NCBI RefSeq assembly: GCF_016433145.1
Contig: NC_058135.1
Location: 45,398,239-45,462,238 of the forward strand
Direction of reading: 5' to 3'
Length of the DNA stretch: 64,000 bases
Source: Gracilinanus agilis
Lineage: Eukaryota
The notes under the pieces are model-generated. The model was not told the DNA's origin. It saw only the letters and a list, made by a program, of their open reading frames with translations, and made no database searches. Numbering within the stretch: the first letter of the stretch is position 1; every line of letters starts with the position of its first letter. The position numbers and the translations under genes are program-made. Shown in pieces: positions 23,940-38,075 of this stretch.

Positions 23940-25440
23940 CAATTGGCAGATTAAAGAAATGATATCATTTTAGTTTACTCAGTTTTAACAAAGCACTTGA
24001 CAAACTCTCTCCTATTATCCTTGTAGAAAAGCAGAAAAAGATATGGACTAAACCCTATAGTTGGGTGAATGCAGCACAGTTAGTGAATTCAAATCTGGTT
24101 GAATGATGGAAACCAAAAGGCAATCCTTGATGGTACAACATCCTTATGGAAGATGATCATTGATGGACATCCCTATAGATCTGTGCTTGACCCTGCTCGG
24201 TTGAACATTTTTATAAGTAGCTGTATAAATTGATTCATCATATTGACAGATGACACCAAGCTGGGAAGGATAGCTATAACACCAGATGACAGAATCAGGA
24301 TCCAAAAAGAATTGCCTAAAATGAAACTTTTTGGAGATATTTGTTTTGGGGTTCAAAAAATCAGCTTTAAAAGTACAAGATGAGGGAGACAAGGTTAGAT
24401 AACAATTGTATGAAAAAAAGCCAGGGAGTTTAGTGGACTGCAAGCTTAGTATGAATTGACAGTATAATATGGCAGCCAAAAAAGCTAATTTGATCTTTAA
24501 CTGTATTAAAAGAAAGGCAGAAGTCCAGGACTGGGGAAGTGATAGTCCCACTGTTCCCTACTCAGGTCAAACCACATTTGGTATACTATATTCAGCTCTG
24601 GGCATGACATTTTAGGAAGCATAATAATAAACTGGAGGATGTCCAGAGGAGAAAGAAAGGATGAGGAAGAGTCTTCAGCTTGCCATATAAGGATTCATTG
24701 AAAGAACTAGGGTTTGGGGTTGTTTTTTTTTTCTGATGACTTTTGGCTTTTTATCATCACATTCATTTCCCCATATTTCCATTCTTGTCACTCCCCCCCA
24801 TTAAACACCCCACAACAAAGAAAAATATTTGAGTAAAATCAATGGACTCAGCAACCATATCACATGAAACATATACCACATTCATAATGGTCTTTATGGA
24901 GGTTTCATCATAAAGAATTGGGGATGTTTGGACTAAAGAAAAAAATACTCCAGAGATGTAATAGCTTTCTCTAAATACTTGAAGGGCTGAAAAATGGAAA
25001 GGAATTGCCCAAAAGAGAGAGAAGTGGGAACAAAAAACAAAAGTTTAAGAGAAGTAAATTTAGGCTTGTATAGAAAAACCCCCTAATGGAGTGCCTCAGG
25101 AGAACCTGGATTCTGCTCACTGAAGGTCTTTTTTTTTTTTAACCCTTACCTTCCATCTTAGAATCAATACTTAGTATTGGTTCCAAGGTAGAAGAGTTGT
25201 AAGAACTAGGCAATGGGGGTTAATGGACTTAGATAGAGTCACATAAGTAGGAAGTGATCCAAGACCAGATTCGAACCCAGGACCTCTCATCTCCAGGCCT
25301 GGCTTTCTATCCACTGAGCCAACTAGCTGCCCCCTCACTAAAGGTCTTTAATCAAAGAGGGATATTGTAAAGAGATTTCTTATAAACATGTGATTTGGAC
25401 TAGATGATCTTTGAGGTCTTCTTCCATTTCCAAGATCAAG
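23940..25440 (+). mobile_element. L3/CR1 relic: reverse-transcriptase region and 3' end
   Basis: Decayed RT motifs: aaagcacttgacaa (KAFD-like), tctgtgcttgaccctgctcggttgaacatttttata (SVLGPVLFNIFI-like), acagatgacaccaagctggga (ADDTKLG). Interrupted by a SINE at 25132-25334. Confidence 0.8.
25132..25334 (-). mobile_element. SINE1-like SINE inserted in L3
   Basis: TSD tcactgaaggtcttt / tcactaaaggtcttt (starting 25117 and 25335), one mismatch. Confidence 0.88.
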
Positions 25441-27974
25441 GATTCTAGGTATATAGAGATAATCTCCCACAAGCCACCTCTTTGGGATTGTTGTGGGAAA
25501 AGCACTAGTCAAACATTACAGTTTTACTATTACTTGGCCACTGTCATATTGCATTAGGATTATTCTGGGTCTGTAGTGGTAAATTAAAAGGGGGGGAGGG
25601 GTTAACAAAGTTCCACCATTTCCCCTAAATGCTCTTTGAATAAGAATGTCTTGAACTGACTGAGACACTGCGGATCCAGGGATTCATGCTTTTCTCAGTC
25701 TGGGAAGGGACTGGACTGTATTTAAGCTATAGGCAGAGTTTCCACCCTGGCAGAATCTTTGGATCTTATTTTTCTTTACAACTACATTTTAATTTCTTTT
25801 CAAAGATCTTCATTCTCTCCTCCCTATCTTCCTTTAATCTCCATTGAGAAAGCAAGAAAAATAAACTATCCTGTTATAAATATATATAAGCAAGGAAAAG
25901 ACACCCCAAATGTTTCAGAATCCATCATCCATCTATCAAGAGGTGGGTGACCTGTTTCATCGTGAGTCCTCTGGAATCCTGAGTGGTCATTGTGCGGATC
26001 AGAATTTCTGAGACTTTCAAAATTGATAGCCCTTACATATTGTTGTTATTACATAAATTAAATGTAAAATATATAGATGCTATAAATATAACACATAGAT
26101 ATAAATTGCGTGTAAATTAAGAAATATGAATTATATACAAAACATGTTGTTACAATTTCGTTATTATATGAATTGTTCTCCTGGTTCTGTTTCCTTCACT
26201 CTATATCAGCTCATTATTATCAGTTCATTAAATATTCCCAGGATTCTCAGGAACCATTTCCTTTATCACTTCTTGCAGTATTCCATCACATTCATATACC
26301 TTTTTTCACCCTGGGGAGCTTTATTTTCCCTCTAAGTTTTGCCATCCTTTACTTCTCAGACTTGCCTACTCTTGATTGGGAGGGAGAAGCTCTGGACTTG
26401 AGTCCAGGGCATTTAGTTGCTTATGATGAGTCATAAGACAAGGGACAAGTGTCCTGGGAGGAGACCAAATTTCCAGTCTGAGTTGGAAATCAAGCGACTT
26501 AATCTAGTCTTTGCTCTGACACTAATTCTGAGACTGCTTTATATTGAATAAAATGAAGGAAGTGCAAGGTGGTCTCTAAGATTTCTTTCAGCTCCAGCAA
26601 TCTATGAGAGAGTTTGAGATTTCAGCTCCACTGGACTCCATATCAGGTAAATCTCAGTTTCAATGAATGTTGAGTATACCCTGTGTGCCTCAGTTTCCTC
26701 ATCTGTAAAATAAGCTGGAGAGGGAAATAGCAAACCACTATAATGTCTCTGCCAAGAAAACTCCAACTTGGGTCTAAAAGTGTTGGAGATAACTGAAAAA
26801 ACAAACAAACAACATATCTCCTCTGCCAGATGGTCCTAGAAGTGGGGGAGAAGGCAAATGCCTAAGGAAAGCTTCCCATGATGGGGCATGACCTCTTCAC
26901 TCTGCAACTAAAGATGCCTTCCATAATCATGGCCCTGGGCATCCTTTGTGACTCTTTCCAAAAGCACGCAGCTATGGCTCTGTTCACAACTACCCTCTGA
27001 ATGAGGTAACATAAACGTTTTTCATATGGAAAGACTTAATCTTAGAAAGGGCAAATGACCCAATCATGCTCATATAACTAGTAAATTTCAAAGCTAAGCC
27101 TCAGCATCAGATCTTCAGACTCCAACCTAGAACTCCAAAGATCATGCTTTCTATTATCAGCATTCAGAGAGAGAGAGTCCACTCAGCTCTGGCACTCTAC
27201 TCTGAGTTGAGTGCCAATGTGGTTCTTGCTGGTGAGTGAACCTGATTGAGTAGAAATTCATATCTAGATGGGCACAGGCCATGATTAACTTCCCATCTGA
27301 CAATCTACCAGGAATCTGATCCCACCACTACCACCGCTTTTGCTGGAATCTTAATTTTTATGTAAATGCATATAAACACTTGTGTCCTCTCTCTAGATTT
27401 CCACTTCTTGTTCTGCAAATGATAATCAAACAAATATTATCATTGCTACTGGAAAGATCATGATTGCATTGATCATCACTTTTGCAGCTTTCAGAATTGT
27501 TTGGTTTTTACAGTGCTGTCATTATATATTATTTAAATATATAAATTATTTTTCTGGTTTTGCTCCATTCATCCTTCATCAATTCATAAAAATTCTCAAA
27601 AGTATTCATTTTTTGCAATATTGATATTATTCAGAGGACTGATGATAAAAAATGCTGTCCATTACCAAGATTTATTTAGAGTACAAAATGAGACATAGGT
27701 CTCATTAGACAATTTGGTCATTGAAGGAACTTGTTTTCCTTGATTATGAATGCTTGCTACAAAATATTTTTCTTTTTTTATTGGAGTAAAGGGTAGAAAG
27801 AAGAAAAAGTGAATTCTTGTTAATTTTTTAAAATAGAGGGTTGATAGGGTATTAAAGATGTGAAATGTAGGTTTTACTTAATTGCTTTTTAATTGTTCTG
27901 CCATGGCAATTTCTCATGAAGTGGAAGTAATCTGTTTGCAATGTAAAAACAGAACTCATCCAGAAAATTTTTTT

Positions 27975-28145
27975 AAGGAAGAGAGGGAAGGGGAGGAAAG
28001 AAGGAGGAAAGGAAGGAAGAAGGCAAGGAGAGAGGGAGAGAGGGAAGAAAGAAACAAAGAAGAAGCAAATTAAGTGGAGAAAGAAAGAAAGAAAGAAAGG
28101 GAGTGAGGGGGAAGAGAAGGAAGGAAAGGGAGAAGGGAGGGAGGG
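27975..28145 (+). repeat. Polypurine low-complexity tract
   Basis: Almost only A and G over ~170 nt. Confidence 0.9.
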
Positions 28146-29356
28146 GGTGTGTGTTACAATTCACTGGCTTTCAACTCCACTCATTAATGAACATCCCCAG
28201 ACCAAAATGTCCTTCCATAGCCCCATTCTCATGTACATACTATATTCTTGCCTTGAAGGCAGAGACTAGTCACTTTTCTTGGTATAGCTCCAGCACTGTA
28301 GCACACTACTTGACATATGGTGACCACTTAATAAATTCTTGTTCATTCATTCAAGACCAGCTTTCCCCCCCCCCACCCCTCCCACCTGCCAAGTTCCCAG
28401 TCACGTCTGAATCAAGTTTTTAAGCATGGTCTGTCTGGTGGCTGCCTTTGGAAAAGCCAATCGGGCCAATTAAATTTATTTCCAACAAAGAATTATTACT
28501 CCTGCATGCACAGTGCTCTGGGGGAAAACAAACACAAAATAAGACAAGGGTTCCCATGAGGTATGAATGGGTAGAAAGCATGCTCCTCACATTAACCACA
28601 TGAGATCATTATTCCAAGTGCCATGGCTCTATTTTATGTCACAGAAACTGAGCCCCAATGAGTTTAACAGATTTGCCAAAGGTTCCACTGGCTTGTGAGG
28701 GAGGTAACATGTGCAAAGTGCTTTGCCCACTGTCCAGAGCACTGTGTAATCATCAGCTATTACTGAAATGAAGAGTCAGAATTGGAATTCAAAGCCAGAC
28801 CTTCTGCGTCCAAGTCTTAGTGTTCTTCCCACTTCCCCATGATGCTACAGAACAAGACCCAGGGCAGACAAGGTGTCCCTGCCATCTGAGATGCTGAATC
28901 ATTCTCTCTCCCTCAGAAAGGGAGCCAAGTCTACAGATGACTCAGCAGGACCTCCAGCATTCTTCTTGACAAACTCAGCTGGAACCATGCTCCTAATGCA
29001 TGTCATGACAGTAGCTGAAAAATCAGGGGAGACTTAGCTGGTCCCTGTATTACTCTAATCTCTGCTTACACTTTAAAGCTTTTCCCAATGAACAATTTTC
29101 CATAACTGTACTAGGTTGCTGAATTACATGCTATTGTTTTCATTGAGCCCCAATCCACCAGCATTTATTTGTTAAGTATCTGCTATATGCCCTGGGCACT
29201 GGGTTAAATGCAAAGACAAAAATTAAGTATCCCTTGATCTTGAGGAGCTCACTGTCCATCTCTGAAAATAGCATGCACACATAATAGAATTTGCAAAATA
29301 GAAACAATATAAATACCAAGTATTGTGGGGAAGAGAGGAGCTGGGGCTTATCCGAA

Positions 29357-29480
29357 AAGGAGGAAGGAAAGGAAAGGAAAGGAAAGGAAAGGAAAAGAAA
29401 AGAAAAGAAAAAGAAAATGAAAAATAAAGAGGAGGAAGGAGACGGGAGGAGGGGGAGGGAGGGAAAGAAGGAGAGGGAAC
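29357..29480 (+). repeat. (GGAAA)n/(GAAAA)n polypurine tract
   Basis: Direct reading. Confidence 0.9.
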
Positions 29481-31787
29481 GAGGGGTTCTAAGAAGTAAG
29501 GTGCTTAGGAACTACATTCAGGCATAGAGCATATATAGCCAATGAAAGAATAGGAATAGAAGGTTGTGTACAGGGATTGATGAGAAGGCCACTCTAAGTG
29601 CATCATAGAGCATGTGAAAGAGAGCCATGGAGAAAGCCTGGAGAAGTAGGCTAGAGTCAGGGTATAATGGGCTCCATTGCCAGAGTGTGGATTTGATCCT
29701 AGAGGCAATGGGGAGCCTCTGAGCTTTATAGAGTAGGAAGTTAAACATGGTCAGACCTGTCTTTCAGGAATCTCAATTTTGCAGCTGTGAGGAGGATTGA
29801 TTAGATAGAGGGAGAGAGATCAATTTAGGCATTGCAGCAGTTCAGGGAAGAGTCAATGAGACCATGAACTAGAATGGTGGCCATGTGAGTAGAGAGAAGG
29901 AAATGAGTTCGAGAGATGTTGAATAGAATCAACACAACTAGGAAACTGGTGGGATGAGAGAAAGAAAGGAGTTAAGGATGACTCCAACTTCCGTAGAAGA
30001 ATGGTAGTTCCCCCACCACCACCAGTGCCAACCAAATATGTCTTTGTGTTTATTTTCATGTCTGTTCATTCCAGTAGACTGTAAGCTCTTCTTAAGCAGG
30101 TACTAAAGAGATCATAGACTGAGGACTGAAAGAAAGAATAAAAGTCATCTAGTCTGACCCCCTTTCTTATTTTACAGATGAAGTAACTGAGACCTAGAAA
30201 TGCTAAGAGATTTGTCCAAGGTCACACAGATAGTAAATGGCAGAGATAGGATTTGAACCCAAGTCCTCTGACTCCATATCCAGAGCTCTTTTCTCTGATC
30301 CACTTCATTTCTCAAAGAAAATTGATGGATAAATGTCTTCTTCCCTCCTTCCTCTGTCCAATACAGTGTTCTCTAAACAGGAGAATTTAATTGAATGTTG
30401 GTGACTCTGAGTCATCCAGAACTATCCGACGATCCCTAGAGTTAAAACTTTGCCCTCTCAGTTCCTCGAAGGCATTCGCCAACACCCTTCAAGCTACACA
30501 ATTCCCCCAAAGCTTTAAACCAGTGTTGTTTGCTCACACATCAAGGGTGTGCAGAAAAAAAAATCAAAGATTGAGCTACAGACCTTGAAATCAGAAATAG
30601 AAAGCTCAAAACCAGAAATGTCAAGTGCTGATTCTCTGGGCCTCAGTTGTTCCAAGAATGTAATCCCCTTGTACACAGAGTCAGTTTACAGATAATAATA
30701 AACTGCTTTGACATTGCAAAATTTTGTTTGTTTTGTTTTTATTACAAGTCTAGCATAGTGACTTTTTCCTTCTTCAAACCCTAAGAAAGAATTCTAGGTA
30801 GGATCTTTGGCAAGCCTGCACCTTCATTCACCACCTATAATTGTGTTTTCAATTTTGCTTATGTGGTTCTCGTCCTAATTATAACTTTTCACGAAGGCTC
30901 CTATGAGCTTCCATGAAAAGGGTGATATGAATAGAGAGCTACCTGGGCTGATTGGCACCTTGGCGGAGGTTTAACACACAGCTCTTTGGAAACTGTGCAG
31001 CTGCTGTAGTGGAGACTATAATAAATAACCATTGTCAAGTGGTTTGCCATGAATGGTCCATTGCAGTCTTGCTAGGGGCTTATGAAGTAGGACAGGATGA
31101 TTTAGGAGACCTGCAAGGCAGTCATAGCAAGATTGTCAGCCCCCAGCTATGACTCCTCTCTCTTCCTTCAATTTAAAACTATTAAATGGCATTCATGTAA
31201 GAGTGTGTTGACCCCTAGGGAAGTGGCTGAGGTGAGAGTGAGCAAGATCTGCCTGACAGCAGAGCCACGATTGAGGTGGGTCCTGTAGAGGCTGGGATGC
31301 CCCATGGAGAAAATGCCAGGTAGCTCTCTACAGATGTTAAGTAGACAGTGAGAGTCCCCAACTCCATGGCTCAGAGCTCCTATTCAGTGAATTCCAGTGG
31401 CTTCCTATTACCTCCCGGAGCAAATACAAAATGCTCTATTTGCATTCAAACCCTTCACAATCTAGATTTTTCTATCCTTTTGAATCTTCTTATCACTTAC
31501 TGCTCAGCAGATAATTTTTGATCCATGAACAAGACCCTCTGTCTCCCAGCTCCAGGCATTCTCTGCGTATCCCAAGTGTTTGAAATGTTCTCTCCTCCAC
31601 TCCAACTACTGACTTCCCTGCCTACCTTTAATTCCAAACTAAAATCCCACCTTTTACAGGAAGCCTTCCCTAATCCCTCAATTCCAGTACCTTCCCTCGA
31701 TTAATTATTTCCTTCCTGTATATAGCTTGCTTTGTCTATGTCTTTATGCACAATCTTTCCCCTGAGTGTAAGCTCCTTTCTTTTCTT

Positions 31788-31962
31788 CTTAAACTCTTAT
31801 TGTGTATTGGTTGCAAGGCAGAAGAGCAGTAAGGGCTAGGCAATGGGGGTTAAGAGACTTGCCCAGGGTCACACAGCTAGGAAGTGTCTGATGTCAAGTT
31901 TGAACCCAGAACCTTTTATCTCTAGGCCTGGTACTCTATTCACTGAGCCAACCAGCTGCCTC
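31788..31962 (-). mobile_element. SINE1-like SINE
   Basis: gcagaagagcagtaagggctaggcaatgggggttaag...cactgagccaaccagctgcc. Confidence 0.8.
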
Positions 31963-32934
31963 TTGGACTATATTTCTAAAAGGTAAAATGGTTGTTTATC
32001 TATGTAATTTATCACCTTGAAATTCTCTAACTATATTCAAAATTTTCTTTTTCCTGATAAGCAGCTCTCTTTTTACAACAAAGCCTCCATGTCAAATGAC
32101 CTTTGATCAAGTTAGTGTCACTTCAATTCTCTGTCTCAGTTTCCTCAGCTATAAAACGGGAATAATTCTGCCTTAATTTCTTATCTCACAAGATGATTGG
32201 GGAAATCCATTGAAATAATATATGTAGAGGCCATCATAAAGCACCAAGTGTTATAAAGGAGAGCCAAAATCACAGACATAGAGCTGCCTAGGACCTTATA
32301 GACCATACCATATAGTTCAACCCCTTCATTTTACAAATGAGGAAACTGAGACCAGGAGAGGTTTGTTGCCCAAAGCTAGCAAGTACCAGGGCTAGAATTT
32401 GAACCCAGGTCCTTTTCTAGAAGCTAAGATTTAGAAAATCCAGTGCACTTTCCAATGTGCCATGTCATTATCATCATAATCACCATTATACCAGTTAGTA
32501 ATACGATGTCAGCACTTAATCTGATATTATTCATAATGAAAGGCAGCTAAATGATGCATCGGAAAGAATGCTAGACTTGAAGTCAAAAAGACCTGAATTT
32601 AAATTCAACCTCAAATTCTTATTAATCATATCTCCCTGGGCAAGTCTTTTAACCTCCGTTTGCCTCATTTTCCTCATCTGTACAATAGGGATAATAATAG
32701 TATCTATCTCCCAGAGATGCTATAAGGATCAAATGAAATAGTCTTTACAGTAGTTTGCAAGCCCTAAAGCAATCTATTTTTTCTAGGTTTGTTATACTGC
32801 GTGAAATATTCTTTGCTGCAAACTTCTCAGGAGTAAACAGTGCTTCAAAGGGAGTAAAAGTTTAGTTTTCTGACAAAGTAAAGACATGAAATTGTACAGG
32901 TATGCATTGGGGATCGAAATGAAGACTTACTCAA

Positions 32935-32958
32935 TGTTTCTTTGCCATTTCTTTTATT
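32935..32958 (-). terminator. Polyadenylation signal AATAAA and likely cleavage site of C4orf54
   Basis: Plus-strand TTTATT at 32953-32958. Minus strand reads tcAATAAAagaaatggcaaagaaaCAttgagtaagtcttcattt, with U/GU-containing downstream sequence. Confidence 0.65.
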
Positions 32959-34679
32959 GAAAAATACATTTTTTAAAATTCATTAAGAACATTCACAAAA
33001 CAACACAGTACAAATGCTACCACAACCAATCTCAAGTATTGGTAGTTAAAGGTAAGTAGTCTATTCCCACACGATCCTTTCCTAAGAAGTTTCCTCCATG
33101 TGCAACACACCATTAGTGCAATTCTCAGACCGGACCTGAAGTCCTTCTGTCCATGCTCACTGCAGACCATAATGTGGTCACACTAGTCTTCAACAAGGAA
33201 GGGGCCATCCACCATGATGTTCGTGCTGAAAGCAGATTCTGTGTTCACATTCTTTCCATCATCCTCATTTGTCCCCCCACCATTGCCAGGGGATCCATCC
33301 ATCAATATTGGATGCCCTGGTTCCTTTTGTTACGCCACCCACTTTCTTCTCATTGTACATAACTTCCACAGTCGTCACATTCTGTTTTAGCCATAAGGGC
33401 AATTCCTCACCGTGTATGAGCAGAGCCAAAGAAATATTGGCACTGCCCTCCCCAAAAGAGGAGAGAGAGAGAGAAAGAATCACCTTTTAGAGCCTGAATG
33501 CAAGCACAGAAGCTGTCCTCAGGATTTTTTGGCCATCCACTTAGCAAGGCAGATGCAAGAGAAAAAGAGATTAAAAGCACACCCATGAACACTTACCAGA
33601 CCTCCCACCATTATGGGGCACCTTTTACGTTATACCATGGCTGCAATATAAAAACAGAATTCTACCAGCTTGTGACTGTTGGCCTGGGTGTGTTCCTGAG
33701 GCAAATCAACTTGTTCAATCTCAGAGCTCGGACCCCACAATCACAAGTGTCCAAAGGGAGGGAAGGACCTCACACTACAGATCAGACTTAAAAAGTCTAA
33801 GGCATTGACTCATGATCAGGATTTGTACCATTTAGCAGTCAGAAGTCTGCCAAACGGTACCAGAAAATCAACTCCGCGTACATTCTGGGGCACTATCAGA
33901 ACTACCTCCCCTAAGTGATAAAGTAGTCTTATTAGTCTTGTTTTAGTCATTTCATTTTTATAGGCAGTTGGACAAAATGACGACAAGTGACCGATACATA
34001 GATAGTGTTTTTCTCAGCAACGCCGTTGAGATTCAGGGCACCTCTGGGTGTGGTTTGGTTGGGTTTTGTTTTGTTTTGTTTTCAAGTATATTTGGCCAAA
34101 CTGCAAACCCTGAGAGTGTTGGTGTGCATAGCTATACCTTGTAAACTGGAATCTGAGACTCCTCCTCGAGCACCAAATAGAAGAAAGTATGCCATCGATA
34201 TTTTCAGATGCGGATGCTAGTATCCTAATGTATTTGCTAGGCACAAGTAGGTTTTTCTGACATGATCACAAGTGGGCTACTTAGATATTAGCGCTGCAGA
34301 ACATAATTCCTGGCACCATAAACTTTCCGCAAGCATGGCCTTTTATCTCTATCGAATATGAAGACGCCTAAGATATATTCCTTTTCTCTATGAGGCACTG
34401 ATGATTAAAGAAAGCTAGATCTGAGAGCAAGAAAAAGGAAGTAGAGAATGCCAATTTCTGGTCACGGAGGAGTGAACTTTTCAGGAAAGCTAACTTGGAC
34501 AACTGGATAAATACACCAGCATGGAGTTTGTTCTCTTCCCTTATCTACACAATCATGCCCATAAGTGTCTATAGTATATTTCATCCTGAGGTGTGGGACG
34601 GGGGACAAAAATACATTCTGGTGAATTAAAATTTCACTTTGGCTTTTTATGGTGATTTAATATGTCACTATTTAGGTCA

Positions 34680-34940
34680 ATAGGGCAACAAAGTGGCACA
34701 GTGGAAAGAATGCAGGGCCCGGAACCAGGAAGACTCCTCTTCTTGAGTTCAAATCCAACCTCAGACACTTACTAGCTGTGGGACCCTGGGCAAGTCACTT
34801 AACTCTATTTGCCTTAGGTGCTCATCTATAAAATGACCTGGAGAAGGAAATGGCAAACCACTGTAGCGGCTCTGCCAAGAAACTCCCAAATGGGATCATG
34901 AAGAGTGGTACATGACTGAAAAATGACTGAACAGCAACAA
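34680..34940 (+). mobile_element. MAR1-like SINE; the only clear SINE in the inferred C4orf54 3'UTR
   Basis: gagttcaaatccaacctcagacacttactagctgtg...ggagaaggaaatggcaaaccactg...catgactgaaaaatgactgaacagcaac. Confidence 0.8.
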
Positions 34941-37104
34941 AAATTTAACCATTAAAATGACCCACCCTTTAAGGACCTTTGATTAGTATTTTTTTATCAG
35001 ACCTGTGATTTCATTGGAAAAGGGAACTCTCAGTGAGGAAATTCCCTCTCCCAAGGAAGATCAGCATCTGCTTCTCTGGGTAAGTCAGCATCTGATTTCT
35101 GGAAAACGATGAAGAGTTTCAGAGGACAAGCTCCTATCCTTATCACCAGCTACATTTGTGCTGCCAGAACTTAGAGTCCATGTTTGGCCTCCCCACTACC
35201 ATTTCATGATAAGAAAAGTCTGAATATAGCGAGGTGACTCACCCGAGGGGCCTTGAACAAATCACTTATAACCTCTGAGTCAGTCACTGCCGTCGGAAAG
35301 AGGTATAAGTTGAGAAAGAGCTTAACACGACAGAATTAAATGATGCTTTCGGATCGGTCTTAAAGGGGGAAAAATAAAAGGTCCATTGACCTTTATGCAT
35401 TTCCAGAGGATTCCTGAAAGCATGCCACCGCCACATTCTCAACCTCGTTTCCCTGATAGTCAAGATTCTCAGCCAAGGAGAGTTGGCTCCCACTTCTTCC
35501 GCACTCAGTGCAACTTATTTCTAGATTAGGATCTCTCGAGGGAGTCCCTCCATTTACACAGTGGGATCCTCTTTACCAATGATTAGCAGGTCTAACAGAT
35601 CAGAGGTGTGATCAGAGTAGGAAAAGACCAGTTCCAGGACACACACAACCTTGTATGCTATGCCAAAAACATCTTGTCATTCTCTGAAGCAAATCTAAGT
35701 GGAAAATAATATTGCTGGGTCATATTCTCAAGCCAGGGGTAATGTTTTAAATCACCAGGTTGTTATTTTGACCAAAGTGTGGATAAATATATGGGAATAT
35801 TGTTTTGGCATCTCAAAAATCAGATTAGGAAGCATTTAAAACCATTTTTCTCATAAAGTACTTAATACTATCTCAGAGAGAGCAAGCAATCCATATTCTC
35901 TTATTTATGACTGTTTAAGATTTGCAGAATGGACTTCCATAAATTTCCCTCAGACTAATGACATGACTAAGACAGTGTCTGTACAACCAAGGCAGAATCA
36001 GACGTAATGGAGGTCTGATGATGCTGTTTAAAAGAGCAGTCTTGCAAGCTTCAGGAACTGGATTCTTCTGTCATCTTGGCAGCCATATAGATTGGCCACA
36101 ATGAATCAAGTCCACCTGAGCTTCTAGTAACATTTCGTTCTGTTCCCCAAAACTTCCTTTTTGTTCATTGTAGCAAAGAAAAAGCAAGCAGCTATCAAGA
36201 GGGGAATCATTCAGGTGGGGAGGGAAAAAAAAAACCCAGACATGGCAAACTTGTATCGAAAGCCTGCATTCTGAAAGAAAAATGCTCCCTTACGGGACAA
36301 AGAATCTCATTTCAAATTCACTCACTGACTTTCTATGACATTCAACCTGTCACATTTTCAAGTGACATATGTAATCACAGCACAATAAATAGAAGAAAAA
36401 GAAAACCCTGATTTCTTTCCACAATCACTTTTGAAATCATACCCAAACCCTTAAAATAACTCACAAAACAAAACCCGGAGAGTACTATGCATTCGTTAGG
36501 CGTACTATATCCCAAGTACTTCCTTATCTCATCTGCAATCCAGATGTGTTCTGTGACTCCCCCAGAGTATCCCACACCACCCCAAGTACCAGGAAGAATG
36601 CTCCTCTGATCCAAACCGATATTTTGTCTGATTGATTGGCCATGTTGTTTCCTAAGTCCCATAGCAGGACTAGCACCTTTCATTTACACGTTTACAAGTT
36701 TTCATTGAACCCTGTGAACAACTCAAGGATTTTTACCTTGGGGACAAATATGAAGCTTACATTCTGCATTCAATATAAAAAGAAACAATTTTACGGAGGA
36801 AAAAAAAGGTTTTGTGTTATTTCAACTTGCTTTTTAAAACTACAGTAATGCATACTGCCTAGAAAACAAGAAACTTACACACTTGGTTTGTATGGAGCAA
36901 AATATGAACAAAAGTAAAAGGTAGAAACTGTTTTACAGATGAATCCTTCGTGCTGCTGCAAGGCCATTTCCAGATTAAGTGAGGAGAGTCCTTTTGCCTT
37001 GCTCCTATAAAAACCAAAGAAGACAATATTAATTCCTAAGATACATCTTATTTTGTTAACATTATAAAATGTCCCCCAAATATTGATTTAAAAAACCTTC
37101 CCTA

Positions 37105-37276
37105 GGGGCAGCTGGGTAGCTCAGTGGAGTGAGTGTCAGGCCTAGAGACAGGAGGTCCTAGGTTCAAACCCGGCCTCAGCCACTTCCCAGCTGTGTGACC
37201 CTGGGCAAGTCACTTGCCCACCCTTACCAATCTTCCACCTATGAGACAATACACCGAAGTACAAGGGTTTAAAAAA
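37105..37276 (+). mobile_element. Young SINE1_Mdo with an internal deletion
   Basis: Retains CpG (aaacccggcc). 15-bp TSD aaaaaaccttcccta (37090-37104, 37277-37291) at a TT/AAAA site. Confidence 0.92.
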
Positions 37277-37582
37277 AAAAAACCTTCCCTAATGAGTGGA
37301 TTCTGATACTGCAATTGCTACCATTCAATATTTTAGCCACTTACATCAGCACAAATAGTAGTAGAAAGAGCACTCTTTCTCAAGGCAGAAGCTATGGGTT
37401 CAAATCCCACCTTTGGCACTTACTACCAACACCTATGTGTCCTTGGGCAGATCAGTAGTCTCTTTGGGCCAGAATTTGTTTGAGTGTACAATGAAAGGGT
37501 TGGGCTAACTGGCGTCCTTTCTGACTTAATAGCTATGTGCCCTTAATCCTAAGAATTCAAAGTTTGTTCAGTAAAATGAGAA

Positions 37583-38075
37583 GAGCAAAGGCTGCCTGCT
37601 CAGTCAATCAGCCAGCATCTATCAAGCACTTATTGTGTGTCTCGGGTTCAAATCAAATCCAATCAACATGAGGGAAGGAGAAGAGAGCATCCAGTTTGGG
37701 TGCTTACTAGCCATGTGACCATGAGTATATAGCTTAATTCTCCAAGCCTCAGTTTCCTAATTTGTAAAAAAAAGGATCGATAATATTTAACCCCACCAGG
37801 GTTTTTGAAAGATGAGAGCTATAATGATTTCTATAAATGTGATCTATTTTTGTCATCACAACAATTCAAAGCTTTGTGAGGTTAGGTCCTATGTATCAGA
37901 ATAGAGTAGAGGGATTGTCAGGTTGTGTGTGTGTGTGGGTATGTGTGTGCCAAACTGGACCATTCCAATGTTCCATCTAGGCATAGAGTCAGGAAGACTT
38001 AGTTCAAATCCAGCAATAGACACTAGCCATATTACCTTAGGTATAAGCCACTTCATTTTAGTCTGCTTCAATTCC
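37583..38075 (+). repeat. Arm A of a ~490-bp inverted duplication
   Basis: Colinear with the reverse complement of 39866-40358 across TE fragments, unique sequence and a (TG)n tract. The ORF track shows the shared peptide NWTIP.FHLG.ESGRLSSNPAIDTSHITLG on opposite strands. Confidence 0.93.

Larger units (their letters stand above)
32935..36858 (-). other. C4orf54: Inferred non-coding terminal exon (3'UTR, ~3.9 kb) of C4orf54
   Basis: Strong minus-strand acceptor gtttcttgttttctAG|gcag (AG = 36860-36859). Block is repeat-poor compared with its flanks. Ends at AATAAA (32958-32953) with CA 17-18 nt downstream. Its link to the coding exon is inference. Confidence 0.65.

Noticed and set aside
32097-32109. 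DR1-like TGACCT-T-TGATCA (HNF4/PPAR/COUP type)
   Set aside because: Single imperfect site beside MIR sequence, far from the MTTP promoter; chance level.
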